Shown: positions 38,665 through 48,956, counted from the stretch's first letter. The stretch: 64,000 nucleotides of DNA from an uncultured Lachnospiraceae bacterium (GCA_902476645.1 CABSEG010000002.1:4632-68631); one strand, 5' to 3'. Made by a program: numbers and translations. The notes: generated by a model not told the origin, from the letters alone.

Positions 38665-41094
38665 TTAAACCTTCATGGAAAAATCCGCCTTATCCAGCGT
38701 CAGGTTCGGATTGTAGTAGGGATCCCCCTTTTTCACCTGATCAGACCAGTGGTCTAAAAACTTTGCCATCTCCTGGTTGAATCGTTCGATCTTTTCCTGG
38801 GTATCCTCTAGTCCCCTGGATTTGGACTCAAAATGGTACAGTTCAGCGTAAGGGTTATACACAATCAGCTTACCAAGGCTGCGCACTTTCATACAAAAAT
38901 CAATGTCGTTAAAAGCCACCCGCAGTTCCTTGGTAAATCCCCCCACCTGGTGGAAAATCTGAGCGTCCACCATCATAGAAGCGGCTGTCACCGCGCTGTA
39001 ATCCTGAGCGCAGATGATCCTGGAAAAATAGCCGTTTTCCCCCGGTTTGCTGCCGATAAAGGCATGACCCGCAATTCCGCCAAATCCCAGCACCACTCCT
39101 GCGTGCTGGATTACTCCGTCCTCGTAATAGAGTCTAGAACCCACAATCCCCACATCTTCCCTCATACAGTAGCCCAAAAGCTGCCGGATGCAGTCTGGGC
39201 GAATGATTTGGGTATCGTTATTCAAGAACCAGTAATAATCGCCCTTTGCATGAGACACTCCAAAATTGTTAATATCTGAATAATTGAAAGTCCCCTGATA
39301 GCAGATCACTCGGACCCTGGGATTTTCAGCTTCTAGTTTTTGGTAATAGGCAAAGGTTTCCTGTTCCGTACTGTTGTTTTCCACAATCACATACTCATAA
39401 TTTCGATAATCCGACTTTTCTTCAATGGAAGAGATACAGGTATCCAAATCCCGAATATGATCCTTGTTGGGAATGATAATGGAAACCAGAGGATCTCCCA
39501 CCACCTCATACTCTGAAATATACAATCCTGGATATTCTCCCTGCCGCACCTTTGCACGGATTCCCCTCCGGTCATAGTGGGCCTGTATGGCTCTCATGCC
39601 TGCCTCAAAAGCATACTGCTTACTCTCCGGATTCTCTGCCGTGGAATCCAGATGTGCCCTCCAGTGATATAGAACCTGGGGGATATGGCCAATCTTTTGG
39701 GTGGCCTCCGTGCAGCGGAGAATAAAATCATAGTCCTGCGCTCCGTCAAAGGCAGGGTCTAACCATCCCACCTTTTTTTGTAAGGATCGGCGCACCACAC
39801 ACAGATGGTTAATATAATTCATACTGCAAAGCAAATCCGGATTATAGTCAGATTTGAAATGGGGCTGAAAGTATTTCTTCCCATCCATGCTCACCTTGTC
39901 CTCGTCGCTGTAAATCAAATCCAGATCGCCCTGCTGATTAAGAATCCTGACGCACTCATACAGGGCGTTTGGTGCCAGCAGATCGTCATGATCGGCAAAT
40001 ACCAGAAAATCCCCCTCCGCTTTTTTTATGGCCGCGTTAGTATTTTCCGCAATCCTCAGCGGCTTTTCATGGGGAAGCACCCTAATGCGCTCTTCCTTTC
40101 CTTTCAGCTTTCCCAGCAGATCCCGCAAAGGGGAATCTGCCCCGCTTCCGTCGGACAACCACAGCTCCCACTTTCCGTAAGTCTGCGCCTGTACAGATGC
40201 AACCAGAGCTTTTAAAAACTCCGGTTTTGTCCGATAGAGGGGCACGACAATGGAAAACTTCGGCTCCCAGGCAAATCGCTCTGCTCTCTGGGCCTTTAGC
40301 TGGGCCTGGTTAGGCTCATGCTTCTTTCGAAAGCGCTCATAACTGATCTCATCCTGATGGAGCACCTCCACGGCCACTCTCTTTACAAGCTGCTTCATTC
40401 CTTTTCTCTTAAAATAAAGCAGACCTCTTTGCAAAGCATTTCCCAGTCCCTTCTTATTTTTCAACTTCTTCTCCACTGAAAAACTTGTCACTGTATGGGC
40501 TTGAGGGCTGCGGATCACCAGCCATAGACGATCCTCCTTCGGTCTTTGAAACGTGATTTCATAACCGTAAATATCCTCCGGCTTTGCCTCCGGAAAGTCT
40601 CCCTTTACATCCTGCCTCGGGCCGTAGGACACCGTCGCTGGTATCCTTTCTTTTGCACGCGTATAAAGTCCCATACGCGCCTTGTGGTTACTGACATACC
40701 ATCCGCGCAGTACCAGGCTCTCTCCTTTCGGCATCAAGGCTTCTGTCCAGGATGGAAGGTTTCCTCTTTTCTTTTTTATAGAAGAAAGATTGCTTCTATA
40801 GAGGAGTACGTCTCCTTCTGCCCCCCTATGGTAAACCTTAAGCTTCTTGCCCTCTTCTTTCAGAGAGATCCAAAGGAAATATTCCACATCAATGTCCGCT
40901 TTATAGCGCAAATACTTTTTTCGCACTTCGATCCCCTGCTGGGTAGTGACTTTCAAAGGTACCTCTCTCCCATCTATCTGGGCAGAAAACGTCTCTTTGC
41001 CCTCCCTGTCATTTTCAAACCATCCCTGGATCACCAGTACATTTGGCTGATAGACATGAAACCGGACTCTCTCCCGGTTAAACTTTCCATTCAT
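38665..41094 (-). CDS. Dual-domain GT2 glycosyltransferase (paralog 2) with two copies of an N-terminal beta-rich 'QGW' module
   Basis: 809 aa. The modules read VLVIQGWFENDREGKE and LVLRGWYVSNHK. The GT-A domains read FSIVVPLYRTKPE...DHDDLL and VSIIIPNKDH...NNDTQI. An ATGA overlap couples it to the upstream gene. Confidence 0.8.
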   Translation of the reverse strand: MNGKFNRERVRFHVYQPNVLVIQGWFENDREGKETFSAQIDGREVPLKVTTQQGIEVRKKYLRYKADIDVEYFLWISLKEEGKKLKVYHRGAEGDVLLYRSNLSSIKKKRGNLPSWTEALMPKGESLVLRGWYVSNHKARMGLYTRAKERIPATVSYGPRQDVKGDFPEAKPEDIYGYEITFQRPKEDRLWLVIRSPQAHTVTSFSVEKKLKNKKGLGNALQRGLLYFKRKGMKQLVKRVAVEVLHQDEISYERFRKKHEPNQAQLKAQRAERFAWEPKFSIVVPLYRTKPEFLKALVASVQAQTYGKWELWLSDGSGADSPLRDLLGKLKGKEERIRVLPHEKPLRIAENTNAAIKKAEGDFLVFADHDDLLAPNALYECVRILNQQGDLDLIYSDEDKVSMDGKKYFQPHFKSDYNPDLLCSMNYINHLCVVRRSLQKKVGWLDPAFDGAQDYDFILRCTEATQKIGHIPQVLYHWRAHLDSTAENPESKQYAFEAGMRAIQAHYDRRGIRAKVRQGEYPGLYISEYEVVGDPLVSIIIPNKDHIRDLDTCISSIEEKSDYRNYEYVIVENNSTEQETFAYYQKLEAENPRVRVICYQGTFNYSDINNFGVSHAKGDYYWFLNNDTQIIRPDCIRQLLGYCMREDVGIVGSRLYYEDGVIQHAGVVLGFGGIAGHAFIGSKPGENGYFSRIICAQDYSAVTAASMMVDAQIFHQVGGFTKELRVAFNDIDFCMKVRSLGKLIVYNPYAELYHFESKSRGLEDTQEKIERFNQEMAKFLDHWSDQVKKGDPYYNPNLTLDKADFSMKV

Positions 41095-43175
41095 CCTTGT
41101 TCACTCCATCTATCCCAAAAAGTTTCATCGTATTTCATATTTCTGTACTCCGGAACGATCTCAAAAAGATTTTGATTAAAGAAGGGATCTCCGTTTTTCA
41201 GAATGTCCGGCCACTTGGCCGCAAAGTGCTTCGCTTCCCGCATCAGCCTCTTTTTCTTCTGGGGCGTATCTTCCAGCCCACGGCTTTTGGATTCGAAGTG
41301 TGTCAGCCTGGCGTAGGGGGTAAACACGATTTCCTTTTCCATGGCCCGAAGCTTTAAGCAGTAATCCACATCGTTATAAGCCACCTGGAAGCTTTCGTCC
41401 ATACCGTTTACCTGACGGTATAAGGTCTTTTTCGTCATCATGCAGGCAGCCGTTACAGCGCTGACCTGACGAACGGAAACCAGGGCTGCCATATAGCCCT
41501 CCTGATCTCCTCCAGTGCCTGCGAACAGATGCCCGGCCACACCTCCAAAACCGATAACGACACCTGCGTGCTGAATCGTCCCATCCGGGTAATACAGTTT
41601 GGCTCCAACGGCCCCCACTTCCTCTCTCTGGCAGTGGCTCAACATCTCCTCCATCCAGCCGGCGTTTCGAATCTCCACATCGTTATTTAAAAACAGCAGG
41701 TATTCTCCTTTCGCCTCCATCACTGCCCGGTTGTGCATAGCCGCATAGTGAAACGCCTTTTCCCATCGGATAATACGCACCCTTTCATGTTCCCTTTGCA
41801 GCGCCTCATAATAGGCAAAGGTCTCCGGCTCCGTACTGTTATTTTCTATAATCAAAACCTCATAATTGTCATATGACGTCTTGGAAAACAGCGAATTCAG
41901 ACATGTCTTTAACTCCTGGACGTGATCCATATTTGGAATCAAAACAGAAACCAGTGGCTTTCCAATCACCGCCCGCCTGGTTCTGTAACGCCCCAGCATC
42001 TTTGTACTCTCCACAGTGGCCTCCACTCCCATACGTCGATAGTGATCCTCCACCGCCCTTCTTCCCGCCTCAAAGGCATACATCTTGCTGGCCGGATTTC
42101 CGGCTGTGGACTGGGGGTGCACCCTCCAGTGATACAAGACCTTGGGAATGTGATAAATATGCTGGGATTGCTCGCAGCAGCGCAACACAAAATCATAATC
42201 CTGCGCACCGTCATACTCCCTGCGCAGCAGCCCCACCCGATCCAGAACCTCTCTTTTCACAGCAAAGATGTGGCAGATATAATTATTACACCGCAGCAGA
42301 TCCATGTCAAACACGGTCTTTAAATGAGGGCCAAAATAATTCGTATCCGTCTTGTTCACCTTATCTTCATCGGAATAGAGGATTTCAATTTTCGGATCCC
42401 GGTTCAAAGCCTTTACCATTTCGTAAAACGCGTCTATCGTCAGTGTATCATCATGGTCGGCAAAAACGATAAAATCTCCGGTGGCCATAGCAATAGCCCG
42501 GTTGGTGTTGACGGAAATCCCACGGTTTTCCCGAAGACGCATATATTTCATACGTCTTTCCCTCCGGTAACGGCTCTTCAGATACCGCTCCGCCTCGTCG
42601 CTGGTGCTGCCGTCCGCCAGGCACAGTTCCACCTTTCGGTAAGTCTGTCCCAGAACTGAGTCCACGATCTTTTTCAAAAACGGAATCGGCGTATTATACA
42701 GAGGAATCACTACGCTAAACAAAGGTTCCCAGGCAAAGTGTTCCCGTCTCTGAGAAATCCGCTCCCGTACCTTTGGCGCTTGTTCCCGCACCCATTCATC
42801 ATAGTCCATGGGAATGGTCTCATCCTTTAAAAGTCTTCTGCGAAGCCGGTTCTGAAGCCGGTTTTTATGAAGGTCCACCTCATAACTTTTTTTCTCTGCG
42901 CCGTTTGCGAACACCAGACGAATCTTTCGCGTGGTGATGTTGCCCATGTCCACCACCACATGGAATCCTGACTGGCAGTCCTTCTCCAGCCCGTAAACCT
43001 GGTTGACATCCTTTCGCACCAGCCTTTCGGTGTAAATCACCAGCTTCTCCCCTTTGGTATCTTCCACAAAGATCTCATTCTTGCCTTCCCGGTCAATAGC
43101 CCATCCCTGGATCAGAATGTTTCCAAAAGAAGTGGCAACTTTGTCCACATGATACGCAATGCTTTCGTTTTCCAT
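41091..43175 (-). CDS. Dual-domain GT2 glycosyltransferase (paralog 3) with one N-terminal 'QGW' module
   Basis: I moved the start to MENESIAYHV (ATG at 43173-43175), which has a GGAGGT RBS embedded in the upstream stop. The module reads ILIQGWAIDREGKNE, followed by two GT-A domains. Confidence 0.8.
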   Translation of the reverse strand: MENESIAYHVDKVATSFGNILIQGWAIDREGKNEIFVEDTKGEKLVIYTERLVRKDVNQVYGLEKDCQSGFHVVVDMGNITTRKIRLVFANGAEKKSYEVDLHKNRLQNRLRRRLLKDETIPMDYDEWVREQAPKVRERISQRREHFAWEPLFSVVIPLYNTPIPFLKKIVDSVLGQTYRKVELCLADGSTSDEAERYLKSRYRRERRMKYMRLRENRGISVNTNRAIAMATGDFIVFADHDDTLTIDAFYEMVKALNRDPKIEILYSDEDKVNKTDTNYFGPHLKTVFDMDLLRCNNYICHIFAVKREVLDRVGLLRREYDGAQDYDFVLRCCEQSQHIYHIPKVLYHWRVHPQSTAGNPASKMYAFEAGRRAVEDHYRRMGVEATVESTKMLGRYRTRRAVIGKPLVSVLIPNMDHVQELKTCLNSLFSKTSYDNYEVLIIENNSTEPETFAYYEALQREHERVRIIRWEKAFHYAAMHNRAVMEAKGEYLLFLNNDVEIRNAGWMEEMLSHCQREEVGAVGAKLYYPDGTIQHAGVVIGFGGVAGHLFAGTGGDQEGYMAALVSVRQVSAVTAACMMTKKTLYRQVNGMDESFQVAYNDVDYCLKLRAMEKEIVFTPYARLTHFESKSRGLEDTPQKKKRLMREAKHFAAKWPDILKNGDPFFNQNLFEIVPEYRNMKYDETFWDRWSEQG

Positions 43176-43179
43176 TTTT

Positions 43180-45360
43180 CTACCTCCGCCCGGTGATTCT
43201 GCGAAGCTGCTTATTGAGCTTCCAGGCTTTTGTCCCTTCCATTTGCCGGATCTTCTCCCGCTCATTTACAATGGTATTGTGCTGGGACAACACCACGTCC
43301 AGAGCAATCCCTTTTAGAAATTCCACCTGAAATTCCAGATATACTTTCCTGATATCAGGGTCAATCTGAGAAATCTCCAGCTGAGGATCCTCCGTCTCAA
43401 AGGCGTACAGATCCTGCCCTACGCAAATCCCGTTGCAGGTGAACGCAAGCGTCTTTCCGTCTCCCTGTATTTTTTTCAGGTGCAGCAGACTGCTCTCGCT
43501 GCAAGGATCAATGCGCAGACTCTTTACCCGGGAAGGGATGGGGATTTCCACCGATACCGTCCCCTCTTCCATGGCGAAGCTTCTGGAATCTGCCTCCCCG
43601 TACCCGTCCCCGAAGTTGTAAAACACCTGCATCCTGCGCTTTCTGCGGTTCTCAAACGCATTCCGGATCACCGGTTCCATGTAGACAACCCCTTGGGAGA
43701 TCTCTTCATACAGCATACGGATGGGGATATGTGCCCCAAGAATATATTTTTGAAAATAGGACTCCATACGCTCAAAAATTCTTTGTTCCTCTTCTGTGAT
43801 GCCAAAATAGCCGTAAAGATCTTCCCCTTCGAGACACAGTCTTTTGGCGTTTCCCCGAATATAATAAAGCAGGCAACGATACACCACATATTTTACAGGA
43901 ACCGGAAAGAAAAAAGTCCACTCATAATCAATCAACTCCCACCCCTCTCCGCTTGCTACGGCATTGGAAAAAATCATGTCAATATCTGTCTCCGGCAGCG
44001 CGGCCATCTCAGACAGGCCTTCGGCAGGCCCGAACACCCGTTCAAACGCCTCTGTCTTTTGAAATTGCTCCAGCTTTTTGTGCTGTAACATAGGAGCAAA
44101 ATAAGCGCTCATAAGTGCTTTCATCTCTTGGATGTCCCCGGCCTCCAACCTTCTGTCCAGCATTACTTCCAGAGAATCTCCCTTTAAGTACTCCAGGCAG
44201 ATTTCCCCGGACGCTTCTTTGCACTTGTTAAAATGGTAGGGCGTATCCGTAAAAAGAGCGCTTAAACGCTTCCTTTTATCTATCAAGCTTTTTAAAAAAC
44301 ACCCGGACGTTTCCTCCAAGGACGCCTTTCGCACCCATCGCCTCTTTTGGGGCCCTTCACAGATATCTGTCCGGATACAAAACCTTCCGTCTCTCTCATT
44401 GGAATACTTAGAATAGCATATCTTTGCCTCTGAATCCTCCCAGCCCTGTTTCAAAATAACCAGAAAGGAATTAGAATAAAGAGGAAACAGTTCATCCTGA
44501 ACCATAGAATCAAAGGCTCGCTCCTCCTGAAACAGAGAAATCCTTGCACGGTCGAAATTTTGTATATTCTGGTTTAGCTGACCGGACTTTGGCAGATAAC
44601 GATCCGAATAAATCTCCATAGGCAGTTTATAATCCGGATAGGGATAGTAGTACTCATACTCTCCAAACCCGGCTTCTTCTATGATCTGATTTAACCTTGG
44701 TCTGGAAAAGGTCTTAGCATAGCTGGTTGACGGGTATCCCTCAATGCCCTCAAAAAGCTTTCCCACATGATCCTCAGTGGCCCCCGCCCAGTATTTCATG
44801 CCCAAACGGTTTTCAATAGCCACCACGATCCTGCCACCCGCAGCAAGATGCTTCTTGATTTTTTTCAGAAAATCCACATAGGGATTATCTGTGTCAATAT
44901 AACCCTGGGCGTACTCAAACACGCCGATCAGCGTAATCAGATCGTATTTCTCTGTGAGGCGCTTTTCAATATCCTGAAAATTTCCCACATAAATCTGAAG
45001 GTTGTCCCTCTGGCTGTTTCGGTAAGCATTTACCAGACTTCTCTTTTTTGACAAGTCAATACAGGTTACAGACCCTGCCTTGGAAGCCAAGGTACCGGTG
45101 ATCGCCCCGCAGCCTGACCCAATCTCAAGCACCCGCTCATCTCCCTTCATGGGGAGCCACTGTAAAATATTCCCCCGGACATGGGAAAAATGATACAGCA
45201 CCGGCCAGCTCTTTTTCCGGGCCACCACCTGATCCAGCTGCTCCTCCCGGCAGTTTTTCGCTATGTCAAGCAATTCATCTTCAATCTCTCCATCGCTGTA
45301 CAGATCCTCCCCGGGATAGCTTTCATAGTCCAGCAAAACCTTTCCTATCCGTTCCTGCAT
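43180..45360 (-). CDS. Bifunctional-looking class I SAM methyltransferase plus kinase-like domain (WbdD-like candidate chain terminator)
   Basis: 726 aa. Methyltransferase motif I is VLEIGSGCGAITG at residues 77-89. Residues ~305-500 carry VRKAS, LEYLKGDSL, D-x4-N (DMIFSN) and IDYEW, which resemble APH/eukaryotic-like kinase catalytic motifs. The C-terminal 200 aa look beta-rich and end in a short basic helix. Confidence 0.7.
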   Translation of the reverse strand: MQERIGKVLLDYESYPGEDLYSDGEIEDELLDIAKNCREEQLDQVVARKKSWPVLYHFSHVRGNILQWLPMKGDERVLEIGSGCGAITGTLASKAGSVTCIDLSKKRSLVNAYRNSQRDNLQIYVGNFQDIEKRLTEKYDLITLIGVFEYAQGYIDTDNPYVDFLKKIKKHLAAGGRIVVAIENRLGMKYWAGATEDHVGKLFEGIEGYPSTSYAKTFSRPRLNQIIEEAGFGEYEYYYPYPDYKLPMEIYSDRYLPKSGQLNQNIQNFDRARISLFQEERAFDSMVQDELFPLYSNSFLVILKQGWEDSEAKICYSKYSNERDGRFCIRTDICEGPQKRRWVRKASLEETSGCFLKSLIDKRKRLSALFTDTPYHFNKCKEASGEICLEYLKGDSLEVMLDRRLEAGDIQEMKALMSAYFAPMLQHKKLEQFQKTEAFERVFGPAEGLSEMAALPETDIDMIFSNAVASGEGWELIDYEWTFFFPVPVKYVVYRCLLYYIRGNAKRLCLEGEDLYGYFGITEEEQRIFERMESYFQKYILGAHIPIRMLYEEISQGVVYMEPVIRNAFENRRKRRMQVFYNFGDGYGEADSRSFAMEEGTVSVEIPIPSRVKSLRIDPCSESSLLHLKKIQGDGKTLAFTCNGICVGQDLYAFETEDPQLEISQIDPDIRKVYLEFQVEFLKGIALDVVLSQHNTIVNEREKIRQMEGTKAWKLNKQLRRITGRR

Positions 45361-45362
45361 TC

Positions 45363-46637
45363 TTACGCCCTTTCTTCTTCTATGGTAATCTCAGAATTCA
45401 TATCGTAAAATCCCGTAGTATTCTTGGCCGATACCACCACAATACTGCCCACATCGTACAACCTGTGATGCACCACAAATTCTCCGCTTTCATAGCCGGT
45501 ACAGCCAAAGGAAATCAGATATTCTCCTCCCTGCATGTCCATTCTCTGTTTGTAAGACACAATATCCACCTGTCCCTTTTTTCTGGGCTGAATGGTGATC
45601 TTCTCATACATGGTGTTTGTGCCTGTGATCTCCGTGCCCCTTAAGTTTTTCAGGCTAAATGCATAAATGGGATCATCCACATCCTCCAGATATTGAACAC
45701 GCACCTGCATGGTAAACTCTTTTCCTTTTTCCACCGTGTTTGTATGAAGCCCTCTCTCATCCAGAATCTGAAACGCCGTCATCACAGCCTTTTTATCTCC
45801 ATATTCCTGAACATTGGGATTCATGTCAAAAATACCGTACCAATCTTCGGGTACGCCCTCTCTTCCCGCCTCAGCAGCCCTGGAAGCGTCTGTGGTTGCT
45901 GTTTGATTGACCATCAGTTGTTTATACAGATCCACCATCTCCTTGGGATCTCCCTGTGCTTCCCGCTTCCCTTTATTTAAAAGAATCACACGGTCACAGT
46001 ACTTACTGATGGCGTTTAAATCATGGCTGACAAACAGGATCGTCTTTCCCATCTGCTTAAATTCTTCAAACTTTCGATAGCACTTGGCTTGAAAAAATAC
46101 ATCTCCCACGGAAAGCGCCTCGTCTACGATCAAAATTTCCGGTTCAATATTGATTGCTACGGCAAAAGCCAGCCGTACAAACATACCGCTGGAATACGTC
46201 TTGACAGGCTGGTTGACAAAGTCCCCGATATCGGCAAAATCCAGGATATCTTGTAACTTTGCGTCAATTTCCTCTCTGGAAAAGCCAATCATCATACCGT
46301 TTAAGTATACATTTTCAACTCCTGTGTACTCGGAATTAAAACCTGCCCCCAGCTCCAGCAGAGCGGAAATCCTTCCATTTACCTTTACCTGACCATGGGT
46401 ACTGTTCAGCACGCCGGTAATGATCTTTAAAATCGTAGACTTGCCCGCTCCGTTTGTCCCAATGATCCCCACCGTCTCCCCTTTGAACACATCGAAACTG
46501 ATGTGATCCAGGGCTCTGTGTTCCCGATATCGCTTTTTTCTCGTTAATCCCAAAGATTCTCTCAACCGATCCATAGGTTTATCGTATAATTTATATACTT
46601 TGGATACGTCGTCCACTTGAATTGCAATTTCGCTCAT
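45363..46637 (-). CDS. wzt: Polysaccharide ABC exporter ATP-binding protein Wzt with a C-terminal carbohydrate-binding-type domain
   Basis: Walker A GTNGAGKST, signature YSSGM, Walker B ILIVDEALSVGD, plus a roughly 170-aa beta-rich C-terminal extension. I prefer the start at MSEIAIQV; the ATG at 46649 has no RBS. Confidence 0.85.
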   Translation of the reverse strand: MSEIAIQVDDVSKVYKLYDKPMDRLRESLGLTRKKRYREHRALDHISFDVFKGETVGIIGTNGAGKSTILKIITGVLNSTHGQVKVNGRISALLELGAGFNSEYTGVENVYLNGMMIGFSREEIDAKLQDILDFADIGDFVNQPVKTYSSGMFVRLAFAVAINIEPEILIVDEALSVGDVFFQAKCYRKFEEFKQMGKTILFVSHDLNAISKYCDRVILLNKGKREAQGDPKEMVDLYKQLMVNQTATTDASRAAEAGREGVPEDWYGIFDMNPNVQEYGDKKAVMTAFQILDERGLHTNTVEKGKEFTMQVRVQYLEDVDDPIYAFSLKNLRGTEITGTNTMYEKITIQPRKKGQVDIVSYKQRMDMQGGEYLISFGCTGYESGEFVVHHRLYDVGSIVVVSAKNTTGFYDMNSEITIEEERA

Positions 46638-46651
46638 AGTAATCCCCATTT

Positions 46652-47467
46652 CTAAAGTATATCCGCAAAATGCACCCTCAGCCGCTTAAATACGTTGGTT
46701 CCGATCAGGAAACAAAGCAGGGTGAATACCCAAAAATAGATGGTCAGCTCAGGCCTCTCCCAAAAATTCACCTTATAGACCAGGGCATCCCGGTAGCCAT
46801 AGCAAATGTAATACATGGGGTTTAGCTTTAAAATTACAGTCAACGCTCTGGGAAGGTTCAAATCCGCCATATTCCACATAATAGGGGTCACCCAGACTCC
46901 CACCTGCATGGCAATGTTGATGATCTGCATCAAGTCCCGAAAAAACACGTTCACAGCACTGGTGGCGTAGGAAATGCCAAGAACCAGTGCCATCATGCAA
47001 AAGGTATAATAAAACACCTGCCATGCGTAGGCCGGAGACAGCTTTCCGTAAATCAAAAACAGCAACAGCGCAATTCCCACAAAAAAAAGATGAATAAACA
47101 GAGATGAGAGGATTTTCACCGCAGGCAGAATTTCAATTTTAAATACCACCTTTTTTACCAGGTAACTGTATTCCGAGAGCACCCCGCACCCTGTGAGCAT
47201 GGTCTCCTGAAAGTAAAACCAGGGCACCAGACCAGCCAGCATCCAGAGCACAAAGGGGCAGTTATCCCCATACGTGGCAGTCTGACGAAGTCCCACCTGG
47301 AACACAAACCAGTAGACCAAAACAGTCACGATAGGCTGAACCAGCGCCCAGACAATGCCAAGATAAGAGCCGGCAAAGCGGCTCTTAAAATCATTTTTTG
47401 CCAGAGACCAGACTAGCCTGCGGCTCTTTATGATTTCCTGTGGTATCTCCAACACTTTATCCAACAT
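46652..47467 (-). CDS. wzm: Polysaccharide ABC exporter permease (ABC-2 type) Wzm
   Basis: 271 aa with six TM segments and the N-terminal LAKNDFKSRFAGSYLGIVWALVQP typical of Wzm/TagG. Confidence 0.85.
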   Translation of the reverse strand: MLDKVLEIPQEIIKSRRLVWSLAKNDFKSRFAGSYLGIVWALVQPIVTVLVYWFVFQVGLRQTATYGDNCPFVLWMLAGLVPWFYFQETMLTGCGVLSEYSYLVKKVVFKIEILPAVKILSSLFIHLFFVGIALLLFLIYGKLSPAYAWQVFYYTFCMMALVLGISYATSAVNVFFRDLMQIINIAMQVGVWVTPIMWNMADLNLPRALTVILKLNPMYYICYGYRDALVYKVNFWERPELTIYFWVFTLLCFLIGTNVFKRLRVHFADIL

Positions 47468-47480
47468 GGTACACTCCCGT

Positions 47481-48032
47481 CTATTTCTTCCAGTCTTTCA
47501 GGCTTCCCCATTTCTGATCCTTTTCGGAAATGGTCAGCTCCATGCCCTCCTCAATAGGCCAGGCGATGCCAATGTCCGGATCATTCCAGGCTAAACCGCC
47601 CTCGTCGTTTGGATGATAAAAATCGGTACATTTATAGGCAAACTCTGCGCTCTCGGAAAGCACCAGAAAGCCGTGGGCAAAATTCTTGGGAATAAAAAAC
47701 TGTTTTTTATTCTCTGCGGACAAAATCACGCCAAACCATTTTCCATAGGTAGCAGAACCCTCCCGCAAATCCACAGCCACGTCAAAAACCTTCCCGGAAA
47801 CCACCCGCACCAGCTTATCCTGGGGATATTGGATCTGAAAGTGAAGACCTCTTAGCACACCTTTCTTGGAAGATGACTGATTGTCCTGGACAAACTCCAT
47901 ATCAATGCCGGCATCTTTATAGTCATTATAGTTGTAGGTCTCCATAAAATAGCCTCTCTCATCCCCAAACACGGTAGGCGTAATGACCTTTAATCCTTCG
48001 ATTTCACATGTTTCTACTGTTATCTTACCCAT
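47481..48032 (-). CDS. rmlC: dTDP-4-dehydrorhamnose 3,5-epimerase
   Basis: Starts at MGKITVETCEIEGLKVITP with a GAGGAG RBS. It has RGLHFQ and AHGF motifs. Confidence 0.9.
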   Translation of the reverse strand: MGKITVETCEIEGLKVITPTVFGDERGYFMETYNYNDYKDAGIDMEFVQDNQSSSKKGVLRGLHFQIQYPQDKLVRVVSGKVFDVAVDLREGSATYGKWFGVILSAENKKQFFIPKNFAHGFLVLSESAEFAYKCTDFYHPNDEGGLAWNDPDIGIAWPIEEGMELTISEKDQKWGSLKDWKK

Positions 48033-48060
48033 CTTTTGCTCCTCTTCCTCTTCTTCTTGA

Positions 48061-48930
48061 TTAAAGTCCGTTGGCAATATCCACCAGATACTGTCCATAG
48101 GCCGTCTTCATCAGCGGCTGAGCCAACTCTAAAAGCTGATCCCTTGTGATGAAACCTCTCCGATAGGCAATTTCCTCTATACAGGAAATATACAGTCCCT
48201 GGCGTTTTTGAAAAGCTGAAACGAAATCCGCCGCGTCTAACAGCATGTCGTGATTGCCCGTATCCAGCCAGGCAAAACCTCTTCCCAATGTCTCCACCTG
48301 CAGGGTACCGCGGCGCAGATACTCATTGTTTACGCTGGTAATCTCAATTTCCCCTCTGGCGGATGGTTCTACGTGCTTGGCAATCTCCACCACATCGTTA
48401 TCATAAAAGTACAGTCCCGGGACCGCATAGTTGGATTTTGGTTTTTCCGGCTTTTCTTCAATAGATAAAGCCTTTCCGGTCTCATCAAATTCCACCACTC
48501 CATACTCTCTGGGATCTTTTACGTAGTAACCAAAGATTGTGGCACCTTTCTCCCTCTCCGCAGCCCGTTTTAACACTTTGGAAAAGCTCTGTCCATAAAA
48601 AATATTATCGCCGAGAATCAGGGCAACCCGGTCGTCCCCAATAAACTTTTCACCCACCAAAAAGGCATCTGCCAACCCTCTTGGAGTCTCCTGTACCGCG
48701 TAAGACATGCGAAGTCCAAGCTGCTCTCCCGTCCCAAACAATTCCTCAAAGACCGGAAGGTCTCTGGGCGTGGAAATAATCAGGATATCCTGTATCCCCG
48801 CCAGCATCAAAATCGACAGGGGATAGTAAATCATTGGCTTGTCATACACTGGCATAATCTGCTTGGAGATGGCCTTGGTCAGGGGATACAGCCTGGTACC
48901 AGAGCCGCCCGCTAAAATAATTCCCTTCAT
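48061..48930 (-). CDS. rmlA: Glucose-1-phosphate thymidylyltransferase
   Basis: 289 aa, beginning [18 protein letters not shown]. The RBS is TAGGAGGAAAAG. Confidence 0.95.
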   Translation of the reverse strand: MKGIILAGGSGTRLYPLTKAISKQIMPVYDKPMIYYPLSILMLAGIQDILIISTPRDLPVFEELFGTGEQLGLRMSYAVQETPRGLADAFLVGEKFIGDDRVALILGDNIFYGQSFSKVLKRAAEREKGATIFGYYVKDPREYGVVEFDETGKALSIEEKPEKPKSNYAVPGLYFYDNDVVEIAKHVEPSARGEIEITSVNNEYLRRGTLQVETLGRGFAWLDTGNHDMLLDAADFVSAFQKRQGLYISCIEEIAYRRGFITRDQLLELAQPLMKTAYGQYLVDIANGL

Positions 48931-48956
48931 CTTTTCCTCCTATATGAACGCAAAGG

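Noticed and set aside
43176-43265. Track N-terminal extensions that create large gene overlaps: 41091..43265, and also 47481..48098, 9390..10424, 13423..13806, 22435..23613, 57051..57764 and 60411..61523
   Set aside because: In each case an internal ATG with a good Shine-Dalgarno sequence gives the canonical N-terminus of the family and removes the overlap. The extensions are unstructured.
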